A stretch of 64,000 nucleotides of DNA from Podarcis cretensis (lineage: Eukaryota), in NCBI GenBank assembly GCA_951804945.1, contig OX638155.1:51088001-51152000 (forward strand), given 5' to 3'. A program made the translations under genes and the position numbers. The notes under the pieces were generated by a model, which made no database searches, had not been told where the DNA came from, and saw nothing but the letters and a program-made list of their open reading frames with translations. Every line of letters starts with the position of its first letter. The first letter of the stretch is position 1. Below are positions 40,074 to 53,994 of the stretch, piece after piece.

Positions 40074-40720
40074 GGGAGAGGCCATAGCTCAGCGGTAGGG
40101 CACATAGTTCCCGCCCAAAAGCTCATAGGTTTGATGCCTGACATGTCTAGGTAAGGCTGGAAACATCCACTGTCTGAAACCCTGGAGAGCTGCTGTCAGC
40201 CAGTGTAGACAATACTAAGCTAGATGGACATTATGCCCATTTAGGTCAGTGCCTGAAACTTCAAAAGAAGCTGCCTCTTTACGGGGGGATTATGTCAACT
40301 GGCTCTGGGCTGGTGCTTAATAGGCATTTTTGTTATTTTTCAATTAGAAAGGGCTTGTATTAGACCTCATCATTTTTTTACTGAATTGTGTTTTTCTGCA
40401 CAATGAGCCATAGAATCATAGAACTGCAGAGGTTGAAGGGACCCTGAGGGTCATCTAGTGCAATGCAAGAATCTCAACACGCGGTCTCCCATCCAATTTG
40501 AAACCATACTATTTGGAAATGTGCTAACAGGTTTATTATTATTATTGCTGGCCATGATATGCTTTTGTGTCTTTTTTGATATTATTTTGTTGCTTTCATT
40601 TGTTAATGGTTTGTTATTGTTATGAACTGCTTTGAGCTAAACTTTGTTGCTGGAAAAGTGTCATACAAATATTAAATGAAACCAATGGCCCTGGTAACAA
40701 GCAGCTGTCTAAGTTCCTAT
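40074..40720 (+). mobile_element. tRNA-derived squamate SINE (Squam3-like) split by a ~450-bp insertion
   Basis: Head GCCATAGCTCAGCGGTAG, core CTGAAACCCTGGAGAGCTGCTG...GTGTAGACAATACT..GCTAGATGGAC (to 40229). The expected tail ACCAATGG...GCAGCT...GTTCCT resumes at 40681-40720. Confidence 0.65.
40409..40505 (-). mobile_element. Short element with a CR1-type 3' tail
   Basis: CATAGAATCATAGAA...GAAGGGACC...TCATCTAGT. Confidence 0.6.
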
Positions 40721-41443
40721 TTGTTTTGCCATTGTCTGCGCATTTTTATTATGATGTGAGCTGTGTTTGATACTTTCTGAGGCAGACATGGTGGATAAGC
40801 TTTTAAAAACAACAGTTACACAAAGACAGACTGATGTAAATACTGCATTTCTAAGTACAACAATTGCATGTTCTAGGGGAGTCATTAGTTCTTCAGATAT
40901 CCAAAGCCTTCATTAAAGCTGTCTAGCACACAGTGTTGAGGCTGCTGCTTTAGTAATGTGCCAGTGCTTGCTCAAGCTTTACAATGCAGGGCTGAGACCA
41001 ACCTTAACACAGCACTGAATCAGAAGCCCTGGTGCTTGCAACTGCTGAGTGAATAAAGTGAGATGCAGAGAATTTATTGGGGCCACTGAGAATTGTTCAT
41101 CAAATTAAATTTGGGTGTCAAAATGTGTATAGTTTGTGCACAACTATGATAAATGAAAACTGTCAATCTTCAAACAGTATAATGGGGACATATCAAGAGA
41201 TTATTCACCCCAATTTCCTCCTTTGTCCCTATTATTCTATGACTAATCAAAGCAATTTGCTGTGCCTTTTTAACACTAATTTTGAGCAAATGCCTAAAGG
41301 ATTCATTGGCTCTGTCTCATGTTCAGGAACAGAAATGGCAAAGTATTCAGGAGCTGAAAAACGCACCCGCATGACAGAAAAGCGGCAAGGAGCGGCAAAC
41401 CAGCAACCCCAATTTAAATACTCTCTTTAAAGAGGTAGCATTA

Positions 41444-41684
41444 CAGTGGTACCTCTGGTTACGTACTTAATTCGTTCCGGAGGTCCGTTCTTAACCTGAA
41501 ACTGTTCTTAACCTGAAGCACCACTTTAGCTAATGGGGCCTCCCGCTGCTGCCGTGCCGCTGCCACGCGATTTCTGTCTCATCCTGAAGCAAAGTTCTTA
41601 ACCCGAGGTACTATTTCTGGGTTAGCGGAGTCTGTAACCTGAAGTGTATGTAACCTGAAGCGTATGTAACCCGAGGTACCACTG
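41444..41684. mobile_element. Tc1/mariner (Tigger-like) MITE, 241 bp
   Basis: TIRs CAGTGGTACCTC and GAGGTACCACTG with TA TSDs on both sides. Internal TAACCTGAA repeats. Confidence 0.9.
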
Positions 41685-43994
41685 TATAATGCATTTATGC
41701 ATTTATTTTTTTAAAAATAAATGCATATTTTAAACCCTTGTCTCATCTAGATGACTGAAAGGAAATGAGGGAGGGGTGTTGGGTTTATATAATTCATGTG
41801 ATCCTTGCCTATTTTATAATGTGTAATTTTAAATGTATAAATTTACATGCTGTTTCCATATATGCTATAATGCAAATTATCCCTCTGGGGGATGGGCAAG
41901 AAATGTACAGGCTACTCCTCATGCATGCAGGGGGTTACATCCCGAGGCATCACACATTTATGTGAAATCATGTATATTGGGACCACCACTGAACCCTATA
42001 AACCTCTGGAAACTCTTGAAAAACCCTTTTAAAAAATCAGCAGCAGTCCTGGGATTGCAATTGCAAAAGCTTGTGGGATTGTTAGATGCTGTTTTCATGC
42101 CACGTTCGCTCTTTTTTGGGGGGAGGGCATTTTTGCCCCTTTAAGTGCCACTTCCAGATTGATGGCGATGCACGTGTCTCAAACCTGTGTAAATGGGGAA
42201 TTGCCTGTAAATCATTAATCAAGATGTTTCTCTTGCTTAATTTAATACTAGGATCTTGTAAACTTTGGCTCGACCTTGCGTTTGGCACCGCCTAGCAAAG
42301 TGTTCAGTCCAGCCCAGCTTCATGCAGCCTCACAGTTTAGGGGAGTTAGAACAATAAAACAATGAGATAAAACAATAAATTAAAACAACAAAATGAAGCA
42401 CTAAAAGGAGTTAAGAAGTAAAATGGAAGAGAGGATGAAAACAAGTGCTAAGGGTTGGTTATAGAGCAGAAACTTGCCTTAGAGTTGGCCTTAGAGCTCA
42501 AAACCCTGCTTCAAGCATTCGGTGGCCATCTTCCTCCCAATAAATTAACAAAAGATTAACTGACTTGATAAACAACACCTTCTAAACCCTATTCATGTGT
42601 CTCCATGCAATCTCAACATGCACTTCAAAAGAATCTAAGCTGCTTGGGATAAAACTAGCAAGAGTCCATTTCCCCCCACTGCACAGAATTAGATTGCTCC
42701 CCAATCTTGCATTAGGGAAGCATGACATTGCACCAGCAAGGATGTGGCAATATCCTTTTGCCTGTGGGATGATGGCAGTATGAGGGAAAACCTGGGTGAC
42801 TGGGAGCTTGATGAATGAGAATGTTGGCTTAGTTCATTCCTTGGCAAATGTGGCTAGAGTCTTGGTGTAAAATTCAATCTCCTTTGTAGCCACTAATTAT
42901 ATTATACAGGTGATGTTATTAAAGAAACACCAGTAATAAAACTAACAACCAGTAATGACATCTTTTCAACAGTATGCAAGAAATTGCATACTAGCAAGAA
43001 ATCTAATTCCAATTGGATTCATTTTTTTAAGCCCACTAAGATTTTTTTTTTTAAAAAAAACTCAGTGATATCAGGATAGAACAGCATGTGTTTTAGCCCT
43101 GGTTCATCCTCATCTTCTTAACCAGTACAACAAGACAAAAGCATTAAAGTAAAATTAATCATGTCAAAAGATTTTAGCAAAAACAAGTGAGACCATGCAG
43201 AAAGCATCGCTTTGTCTAGGGTGAAGTCTCGCTCTGATTAAAAACATATAATGCAAGTAAAAGTAATACATCATTGCCTTAGTGTTAAGGAAATTTTTGG
43301 AAGAACTCCACAACCAGAAATATAAGAAATCTATATATTCTTTATCTCTTGCAGGTTTATTTCTAACAAGTGAAGCAACACTGTTCATTAAAATTCAGCC
43401 TAATATTTTTTAAAAAGGACTGAACAAAAACATTGTCGTAAATATTACATAATCAGACTACAATATAAACAGCAGTCTCTGCTTTTCATTTGACTGATGT
43501 GTAAAAACTCCAGTGTTAAGCAGATTCCAAACTCAATTTAAAGTATAATGAGAGTATTTATAGTGATAAAGTCACAGTCAACAATGCAAAGCTTTTGCTG
43601 CTACTCTGAACCACCCAATTTTGCTATATGTCGCAGATAATACTCGTTTATTTTAAATGCATGTTTTGTGCAGGCCCTGTGTTTGAGAACAATGGGTGAG
43701 TCAGCAAAGAAGCTTTTTTCTGCATTTAGCATTTTCACTTAACTTGCAGAACACAAATGAGATAAAAACACTTGTTCAAAATAAGATATATTTGCTTGCA
43801 CCCTTCAGTCTCCTTTTCCTTTGTTTCCAGATATCCTATGAAAAATACAATCATTTAAAAGTACCATGCATGTGCATGTGATGTTGTATTGCACACAAAA
43901 ATCTCAATTCCTTTGAATCTTTCTCCCCTTCCAATATGTCATTTAAAACTGGAAGCAGCACCATGCTTCTTCCTCTGGTTCCATGACTAAGATT

Positions 43995-44165
43995 GGGAGG
44001 GGCCATATCTCAGTAGATTTGATTGCAGAAGGTCCTAAGTTCAGTCACTGGCCTCTACAGGTAGGCGTAAGATTGCTGTCTGAAACCCTGGAGAACCACT
44101 GTGTGTCGCAGAAGACAGTACAGAGCTAAATTGATTAATCATCTGGCTTCATATGTTTCTATATG
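43995..44165 (+). mobile_element. Degraded Squam3-like SINE
   Basis: GGGGCCATATCTCAGTAG head and the TGTCTGAAACCCTGGAGA core shared with the 40074 copy. Confidence 0.6.
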
Positions 44166-47100
44166 TGCTCTGTACTTCTAAGACAGTGCTTCTCAAGCTA
44201 GCTGATATGATGGAACTGCATTCCCTCTCTCAATGTTCTAAGTCAAGGTACCATATTTAGTTCCTGAAGTATCCCACCCAACCTGGGCTGTGGTGGAGCT
44301 GCAGGGGACTGCATCCTATGGCTCATGGACCAGCACCAGTCTGTGGACGACCACACTGAGTACTGCTGTTCTAAGAAAAGTGCAATTATTTCTGTTAATA
44401 GAAATACTTGAGGGATGTTGTGTATCCAACAGTAAGTATAGACGATAACAATAACCTTGGTTAGCATATATTAAAAAATCAAACCAGGCAAAGCAATAAC
44501 TTTTCCTTGCAGAGCTACCATGCACAACATACACTAAGCCTGCAGCTGTCTTCATAGTTCTGGCTAGGCCATTTCTTATGGAGACCAGCATTTATGATTT
44601 GTTTAACTATTCTACGAAATAAATCAACTGATGTAGCCAGATATTGCTTTTCCTCTTAGAAATGGGAAAAAAGATATAGGAAGGATGCACCTCCCCACTC
44701 ATCCAAAATCTCACATCTGATTCTTTATTTGATCATGTCTCCAAGATCCATAGTTCCAATATAACATTTTCCTTAGACCTATGAGAACATCACAGCATTC
44801 ATCCAATTATGCTTATGGCTTCTCTCTCACTACTGTCCAGTTCTACAGATGCCAAGATGAAGCAGCATAAAGAAGATATGGAAATCTAGGAAACTCTCAC
44901 AGGCACCAATACTCATAGCACTGAAGAAAAGCTGGGAAGGTTCACACAGGCCAAACACCTACATGCCCCAAGGACAAAAGGGCTTCCAGTAGCCCCAGCC
45001 TCCTTCTTTCCCTTCCTAGGAAGAATGCCTTTGGGCTCACTTGAGGCTGGATACATTCTGTGGAAATATAAATAAAAATCAGGAGTGGTGGGGCAGGCAT
45101 GGTGGGCACCACTGGGGGTGTTTAGGAGACTACAGTGCCCACAAGTGCCGCAGAAGGGATCCCAGATGCAAAGGGATCCCTCTGGAAGCAATTTGCTGGG
45201 TGGGCCAAAGGTGCTACAGTTGCTTCCTGGCAAGTGGGCTACTGTTGCTTACCAGGACGGAAAGGTTGAGTCAGTGGTGGTGAGGTTGGCATGGTATCTG
45301 GCTTCAATGGTGCATTTGCACGATGCAGACCACTGTGCCCCTTTGCCCTCTCTGTCCCAGTAAGCAACCGTGACCCGTCTGCCAGGAAGCTACATAGTGT
45401 AGTGGCTCTGCTCCACCCAGCGAGCTGCTTCTTGATGCCCCAGAATTCATGTGTTCACTTGCTTGCCACAATGACACCGATAATGATCTGATAGAGACAC
45501 TATAGATAACTTCCAGGAGGCCTGGATCCTGGAGACCTCAAAACATCCCTACAGACAGAATGATTTCAGAGGTGCTCCACAAACTGTAGCCTCTGTAGTG
45601 GCATGTTCTGTATCCATTAGCACCGTTTCCTAGGATACAGTTACAAAAGTAACTTTATAATGGGTTCTAAAACAATGGCCTCAGAAAGCATGTTAGCAAC
45701 CTATTCGTGTGGTGAAAATCACATCACCTGAGTGTGTTCTTCCCTTTGGTGTCATGAGAAAACATCGTCTTTTAGAGTAAGTACATTAATTAAAAGTGAA
45801 TTAGTTTAAATATTTTATTATATGTTTTTCTTCAGCTGCTTTTTATATTTTTCTTCTACCTAATGTTACTGAGCTGGGTTATTACAGTGTGATTTAAGAA
45901 GTCCTTTAGCGCATATCTGGGGGTGGGGAGAAAGGGTTTTAAAAACTGATTATCAAAGTTTTCTCTGGCCATGTCTAAGTGAAGCCGTCTCATCTTCCCT
46001 CCAATATACAAGCTGCAGAAAGCTTACAGAACATTGATTGATTCTGTGGCAACCTTATCTCCCCACTTCCAAAATGCTCTTAACAGCAACTTCCAGGCTA
46101 TGTTTAGTCTTTCTTATTTGCCATTCAGAGCCACCTTGGTGAAGAGTCCTGCAACCAACACCAGAGGCTACTAGTGTCAGAGGTGACCAAAGCAGTAAGT
46201 TTTGCTAAAGATATTAGATCAATATTCTGGTTTGGTGCTTTATTTTCCTTTGATTGTGCATACCCAGTGCTAGCCACCAACACACCTGCCTAGTCAGTTA
46301 TAATTCTTCATATAGCATATAGAGAGGGGAAACAACAGTTGAGTGGTTTTGGGAGACTCCAGTCTGGAAGCACCAAATACTTTTCCTACATTGTATGAGA
46401 CCAGTGAATTAAAAGTGACAGTCAAGTCTTTAAAAGCAGTAAGTATGCATTTGATAAATATTTCGTCTGGTGCTGCATTGCAAGTGAGATCCCTGATGTA
46501 CATATTCCACAGTGAGTTCTCTTTCATTTGCTCCTGCCTGAGAACAACTCTACTGTACAATCAATTTCAGAAGCGCAATCTCAGAAGCAAACTGAGTCTT
46601 TTTTCAGACTAATATTTTACTGTGTATAATTAATTTTTCTTTTTTTAAAAGAAAGATCTTCCAATGTAAACATACTATGTATACTCTGATATACTTTCTT
46701 TTTACAGATGAAATTCAATTGGTGGTACATCTTGTGTAAGTGAAACACAGCAATTCCTGTAAACCTGAAAGCTATGACACCTTATTTGGTTGTTGTTTAA
46801 ATCTCTTTTTTTAAACAACTACGGAGGGAAGGAAGGAAGGAAAGTATAAACACATACAAATGAGGATAATAGTGGTGTAGAACAATATATTTTGCTAAAT
46901 GCACATTTTCACTCTATGAGAACCTGCATCTGCCAAAAATGCCCTCTTCAGTACTATGAGAAATCTTTGAATCTGGTGATCCCAAGGGGAGACAAAAAAA
47001 TGGAAGCCAGTAGTAATATATGTATACACACATATACAGCTGTGTCCAGTGTTGCAGTTTGAAACTACACTTGAGTCCTGAGAAAAGTGATATAATTTTC

Positions 47101-48255
47101 TAAGATACTAAGGAACATGATGGGTCACTAAGGTGTCATGGGCACAATTAGGACCTTTGAGCACTGGCAGTAGCTGGAGCTATTGTACCAGTGCTGTTCA
47201 CTGCGTAGTATATCTCTCCAAGCCGCCCCGCCCCCCCCGTACATGCCAAACTTGTGTTTGCTCCACTGCAGGTAAAGTGGCCTCATAGGATCAGGCTGCC
47301 TGGGAAACAGCATTTCTATTATAAAATCTAAGTTTCACAAGTTGTCCGGCCTTTAAAGTATGGCTTTGATTTATGGATCAGAATTGCTCGTTTATAATTT
47401 TATCTGAACAGCTTTAGGCAATTCTGACAGTTAAAAATGTAGTTTTATTGACCAGTGCAGCTAGTCTGCCCACAAGGGGACCAGTAAATACACAGCCTAC
47501 TGCACCAGGAAAAAACACTATTATTTGATTCCATGACCACGTTAGATTGGAAATTGTAACCACTATAACAATAAGTTCCAAAGCTTAAGACAAAATGCTT
47601 GCTGTAAAACATAGTTTCCGTTGAGAAAGAAGGTGACAGATCTGGATAGAAAACCTGCCAGTACAGTTTACCGAAGCTGACCCGTACCACTGATACCTGG
47701 CTGTGTCAGTAAGAGCTGTGGAAGACCGCAACGGGAGGGAAGGGGAAATTCTCTATGACATGAGTGGTGTAAAAGGGTATGCAGTACAATGCAATATGCC
47801 ATGAGCTCTAAAGTATAATATAAATAGGACACAATCCAATTAGAAAGCTAGGAATTTCCAAGTCGCATCAGTTTCCATGTGAGTGATCTAGGCATGTTTT
47901 GAACTTTCCTACTTAAATTAGTGGCACTTGGTCTTAACTGGCTGGATTGCGTCCACAGCATATAATATACACTGTAATAAAAGGCAAAGGTACCTAGAGG
48001 AGGAGGCAGGTTTATTTAAGAAAGCCTTGCCAGTTTTCACTATAAGCATACTAAAATGATTTTAAGACAGATTTAATTTAGGCTTGTTCTGTTGTACAGG
48101 TACTATCTCCTACAATCTCAATTTACTCTTCCATTGTGAAACCTGTGTAATATATAAACAAATCTCTGTAGGGAAGCAAATCAATAAAGTGTCTAATTTG
48201 ATTAACCATGTTTTAAAATTCATCAAGGTAATTCAACGTAAAGTAAACTGCTTAC

Positions 48256-48377
48256 TTGTCAGTATTTTCCATGTCTTCTTTTCATCATCATAATACTGAA
48301 CCAAATTGCTGGGTAGCCGGTCAGGTCCAGGGGGCAGTCCACCAACCAACAAAAGCATTTTCTTGTTGGAGCGAATT
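48256..48377 (-). CDS. KLHL14: KLHL14 internal coding exon (122 bp), IRSNKKMLLLVGGLPPGPDRLPSNLVQYYDDEKKTWKILT
   Basis: Manual translation matches my recollection of vertebrate KLHL14. Acceptor ...ttttgggtgaag, donor gtaagc. Phase fits the next exon. Not in frame in the ORF track. Confidence 0.93.
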
Positions 48378-48636
48378 CTTCACCCAAAAGAGAGAGAAGA
48401 TGAATAACCACATTACTGGAGAATATTTTTAGTAGCAACAAAATCATAACCATCATAGGAATGTTCACTGCTTGTAGTTTTCTATTCACTTATTTTTTGT
48501 TTCCTTTCCCTATCATGTCTCAACAACTTTTTGAATCAAGCAGAAAAAAAAAAATAAGAAAAGCTGCATAGCCCTCTACTTGTGGGATAATAAGTTTCCT
48601 TTATGCAATTTGTTAAAGGTTTATTCTAGAATGACC

Positions 48637-48776
48637 NNNNNNNNNNNNNNNNNNNNNNNNNNNNNNNNNNNNNNNNNNNNNNNNNNNNNNNNNNNNNNNN
48701 NNNNNNNNNNNNNNNNNNNNNNNNNNNNNNNNNNNNNNNNNNNNNNNNNNNNNNNNNNNNNNNNNNNNNNNNNNNN
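48637..48776. other. Assembly gap
   Basis: Ns in the sequence. Confidence 0.99.
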
Positions 48777-49029
48777 GCACCCAAAGAACCTTGAAAAAAA
48801 ATTAAGGCTATGCAGAGAGATTCTGAACCAATTCTTTAATCACACACTGAAACTTAGATTCCAACACTTCTGGCACAATTAGTAGCACTGTGCTAACAGG
48901 TACAGGCTGAACTCTACTTACTTACAAAACCCCTTTTTTTTGTTTGTTTAATTTAGCCCTACATTGCCTCCTCCCCCTCCACAGCCCCTCCTTTCTCTGC
49001 TCTCCCTCTGAGCACCACTGGCTATAGCA

Positions 49030-49264
49030 NNNNNNNNNNNNNNNNNNNNNNNNNNNNNNNNNNNNNNNNNNNNNNNNNNNNNNNNNNNNNNNNNNNNNNN
49101 NNNNNNNNNNNNNNNNNNNNNNNNNNNNNNNNNNNNNNNNNNNNNNNNNNNNNNNNNNNNNNNNNNNNNNNNNNNNNNNNNNNNNNNNNNNNNNNNNNNN
49201 NNNNNNNNNNNNNNNNNNNNNNNNNNNNNNNNNNNNNNNNNNNNNNNNNNNNNNNNNNNNNNNN
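49030..49264. other. Assembly gap
   Basis: Ns in the sequence. Confidence 0.99.
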
Positions 49265-49846
49265 NTGCCTGGCAGTTCTTAAGAACAGGACTGCAACGTC
49301 TCATATGCAGTAAAAGCTGTAATATGCACCCTGGCCTCCATCGCTATACCTGATGAATGCACGTTTCTTTGTAACACTAATGGCTTTAACACAATTTCAA
49401 GAGAAAAGGGGAGAGGAGACCTAGACCCCTAGATGAGTACTGATGCTTTAATAGTCACTTTACATATAATTGAACATCTATCAGTTACAGAAGCCTGGAA
49501 AAGTGATAAAATTCTAAATAGGGAACCATGGTAAGGCAATTCATTCTACTGTGATGTGAAATTTTAACTATATGCACATGCTATGGACGTATGTTATGTG
49601 CCTGATGCAACGTCTCACTGCAGGGTTGCTGACCTACTTGGTTACCCTGCAATCTTTATTGCATTAATCAATGGTTCTGGAAAGCAAAACAGGACTTGTT
49701 TCCATTAACCGGTTTGAATTATTACTGAACCATTTTAGGTACATTAAAAAAGAGGGCAACACTTCTGATGCTGAGATACTCTGTTAATAAAAAAGTACTT
49801 CAGTAAAGGGAGATTTATCACTAATGTCCACACACTGCATTCTTAA

Positions 49847-49880
49847 AACAACAACAACAACAACTACTACTACTACTACT
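49847..49880. repeat. Compound (AAC)n(TAC)n microsatellite
   Basis: Read directly. Confidence 0.9.
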
Positions 49881-50670
49881 AAAGCCTGCATATGTTTGAC
49901 CAACTAATTATATTAGCATGGTGCTCTAATGGAAACATTCGTAGAAAATGAACTCAGTTTCAGTTTGGAATTCTGTCTGTATAGCCTTATTATCTTAATT
50001 AAGATATTGAGGGTGCAATCCTATTCAAGTCTACTCAGAGGTAAGCACCACTTAGTTCAATGGGACTTCAGATGTGTGTGTACAGGAGATGTAAGGAACC
50101 TGTGGCACTCCAAATCTTGCTGAAATTGGCCATGCTTGCTGGTGGGAATTGTAGTTCAACAACTTCTGGAGGGCCAAAGGTACTACACACTTGGTGTATA
50201 GGATTGGACCACAAAGATTACAATTACAACAAACTAAGGCTGCAATCTTAAATGCACTTACTTGCACCCTCCTTCATAAGATTATACAACTCTTTATTAT
50301 AACACCACAATTCAGTGCTATTCTAATGTGCACATTACAGAACATATACAGCTCACCTCCAGTGCTTGGGTTTTATCTCTAACCTAGCAAATCAGAAGCA
50401 CATGGCCACACAATGTGGAAGTCATAGGCCAGATGTTATGCCAAAGCTAAGCCCACAGGACCTCCAGTTCTTGTTCAGGCTGCCTGTGCTACTTGTGACT
50501 GGCAGTGGGCAAACTCCTCTTGGTCAGAATTGGGCTCTTAAAAAACACCCCAAGTTTCTCTCAAACTCAGAAAATAGCTTGGTTCTTTCCAACCCAGTTC
50601 TGAGTTTGTTTTGGACTTGGCTGCACCCTGATGATGATGCTGGAGCATGGCAGGATGTGATCCATTTACA

Positions 50671-51183
50671 CAGGGCTGTCTTTAGCAGATGCGGCACCAG
50701 GGTGCAAATATCTGCCCAGCACCCCCAAATTATCACGGATAGTGTTGGGATGGCTGTAGCTGCGCACTGCCAGCCATTGGGGGGGGCAACTCTCCCCCAT
50801 GCCACTGTGGGAGAGCAATCCCCACAGAGGCTTGGGAAGGAAGCTGTGCGCCTGCCAGCTCAGCTTCCATCCTAAGCCTCTGCAGGGATCACTCTCCTCC
50901 TGAGGAGGCTTAGGAGTGAAGCTGTGCTCTCCTCCCACAGAGGCTTGGGAGGGGCACAACTTCATTCCCAAGCCTCTGTGAGGATCGCTCTCCTACCGAG
51001 GAGGCTTGGGAGGGAAGCTGCATGCCTGCCAGCCTTATGGCTGGCGGGGCGCAGCTGGCAGGTGTGCAGAGAAAGGGGAGGCTGCTGGCAAAGCCGCACA
51101 GCTCCTCCACTTGCTGGGGCATCCCTGAGAGGCTGGCACCGTGGCGCGACACACCACTAAGCCCTATGGGAAAGATGGCTCTG
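50671..51183. mobile_element. Non-autonomous hAT transposon, 513 bp
   Basis: Perfect 8-bp TSD CATTTACA (50663-50670 and 51184-51191), imperfect TIRs CAGGGCTGTCTTT and AAAGATGGCTCTG, GC-rich internal repeats. Confidence 0.85.
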
Positions 51184-52647
51184 CATTTACACACCAGCTT
51201 CATCCCTCACATTTGCCTTTTATGTTGTTCTAGTGACAGCAGCGATGGCAGGGGAAAGGTGGGAGCTCTTTCTTCCCTTCTCTAATACTTTGCATGTTAC
51301 TTAAGGCTCAGTGCCAGACACACAGGAATGTGGTTTTCCAGCACTACTGACATGGGAAATGACATTTTGCAGCACTTCTTGTCTCTAGTACACAGGCATA
51401 GCTGCATGCCAGGCATCAGTGAGGAGAGCAGGGAAGAAAGGGCTCGCTTCCCATGCTCTTGGTGCCTCACCAAAGCAACAACAAAGGAAAGGGAATGGGA
51501 GGAGACTTGGAGGTGTGGGTGTGGGTGAGTGGGAAGAAAGAGTGGGAGAAAAGCTTAACTTACTTTCTGGCTCAGAATTTTACCCAAGTTACAGAACTTT
51601 TAGGATTGTAATGCTTGCTTCACATTGAACAGTATCACGTATCTGTTCTAAACTGTGCTCAGATAATGCTTGGAACGATCACTACTTGTTTTTGTCCCCC
51701 TCCCTCATTTTCAAAATTTTATTAATATAACATGACAGTATGTAGCAAAAACCATTATACATCAAACAATCACTATTTGTGACATTTGTGCCACAGGTGG
51801 GCCTCTGGATAGTACATTATTCAAGCAAGGGAAACATTTCATTTACAAAAGGAGTAGCACTGAATATGAAGGAGCTTGCTGCTTAAGTGCATGTGCACAT
51901 GAATCTAGAAATAGGGCTTGGTGTTAGTTTATTTGCCAATTTATATTTAGCCATCATGCCAAGACTGCCTCTTATAGTAAAAGATAGTTATTACCTGCTT
52001 TAAAAGAAATCAGACACAGAATAGCTAGCAGGCAGTAACAAAGTTAGTAAATTTAAATTTGAGATCCCTTTGACCCATGAGATCAGAATCAGTTCCACAG
52101 TCACTGTCAGCATGGACTACCTTCCAATTCATGCCTGATAGATGAAAATTTCAATAACGCTTCATTCTACCCAATCTCTCCAAAGGGGGAGTAGAATAAA
52201 CCATGTTTTAATTTGAGTTAAGGATGGCTGAACACATAACAAGAGACTGAGCAACGTTAAGCCATAAGTCACCTAAGCATGGTCATCCTTAATGAGAGAG
52301 TAAATTGTTTATTCCAACCGCCTTGTGTAGCATGTTCTATTTCTATCACAATCAACTTCACTTGTACTTTAAAATTCTGAAAACCATTGCAAGTTTGGCC
52401 AATAAAGAAGCTTATTTCAATTTTTTATTAGTTTTTGCATTTCACATTCATCTAAAAAACCATCTTCAAGCCTCATAGCACTATGAAGAAACAAAAAATA
52501 GTAAAAGTTGTCTTGTCTGAGGTGCAGGATGACTGGCGACACTCTGATATGAATTACCAAATAGTGGTAACAGGTAATGTACACTTGGGCCCAAATTGTA
52601 CAATGTGAACATGTAGAAACCAGAGCTGTGTATGTGTAGCCCTCTCA

Positions 52648-52692
52648 AAAACAAACAAACAAACAAACAAACAAACAAACAAACAAACAAAC
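52648..52692. repeat. (AAAC)n microsatellite
   Basis: Read directly. Confidence 0.95.
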
Positions 52693-53994
52693 CAAACTGC
52701 AAGTTGTGCCAGTCACCTGTTCAGTGGGGAAAAGAGAAGGTGGGTTGTTGAGACAGACCTCAGTTTCCACTGCCAAAAAACTGATTTGGTGTGATTTTCA
52801 GCTTATTTGAGGATTCTACACATGCACAGATACTGCTGGACTGAGGAATTGCACATCCAGCATAGAATCCCTTTAAAGATGCATGCAGAAGCCTACTTCT
52901 GTACATGTTTTGCACCCCCCCCAAAAAAACAATATCCTGAGATTTAAAAAAATGAAAAATGAGTAACAGAAATCAGTAAAAATGCAGCATTATTAAAAGC
53001 AATCCACGGTTAAATCCTATCAACTATTTATGGAAGGCTTTCTGCAGTTTGTGGGGCATCATAACAGAGAAGGAAATTGCTGATACCTCCCCTACAACAA
53101 AAAAGAAATAGAAGACAGTTGGACACCAAAAGTGCTATAGAAATTATAACTTGAGGATGATATCCAACTAAGTCACATTCAGAGTAGACCCGCTGAATTC
53201 AGTAGACTTAAGCTGATTACATAGTAAAACAGCCCAAGCTGCAAAAGAAAAACAAACAAACTTTTTTTCTGAATGCTGTATGGAAAATCACATGAATCCA
53301 ACCTTTGAAAGGGAAACTTTGGAAGGAACTTGGAAGGGCATATTTTAAAGGTCTAACAGCCTATATTTCCATGCTGTACTTTGCTGCATATTTTGTGATT
53401 TTAAACAACTGCTGGGATTTTCTCACTACTTGTCCCCAAAGTGGATCTTGGCATCCAAGAATTCTCCTTTTATACCTAGTTTTTCCCCCTTGTACCAATA
53501 GCTTCTTCCTAACAAACTATGGTCACTAGCCAACATGGATCCATGGCTTGTTAAGGTGGAACAAACTACATTCCAGTTTGGACATAATTACAGACAAGGC
53601 TTCATGGCTTGCTGCTCCCACTCACACCAGGGTAGGGGTGAAGTCAAAGCAATCAGATAGTATGAACTACCATGCTGCTTGACCCTGATAAGCTATTAAC
53701 CATGGATTAGTATTATGTGCAAACTAGCCATATATACCTCAGCAGTTCTAAACAGCATAGGAGTGATATAGCGTCCATGCTGAAACCTCTGATGATTTCA
53801 AAATTTAGGCCCACTTCACATCTTATTAATAAGTCAGGCTAAGCCAAAACATTGTTTAGCAAGACTGTGAATATGTGGACTCCTAGAAATGTCTAAACCA
53901 TGCTTATAATTAAGCTCTCTTGAGACTAACCACAAGCTGCAGCCAATAACAAACCTTGGTTGGAGCTCATATTTAGTCTGGACAGTGCTTAACC

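Noticed and set aside
45240-45640. GC-richer coding-like stretch
   Set aside because: Multiple stops and no family I can recognise. Probably a decayed TE.
50366-50875. 169-aa ORF
   Set aside because: It runs across a hAT insertion boundary, shows no recognisable domain, and lies in a KLHL14 intron.
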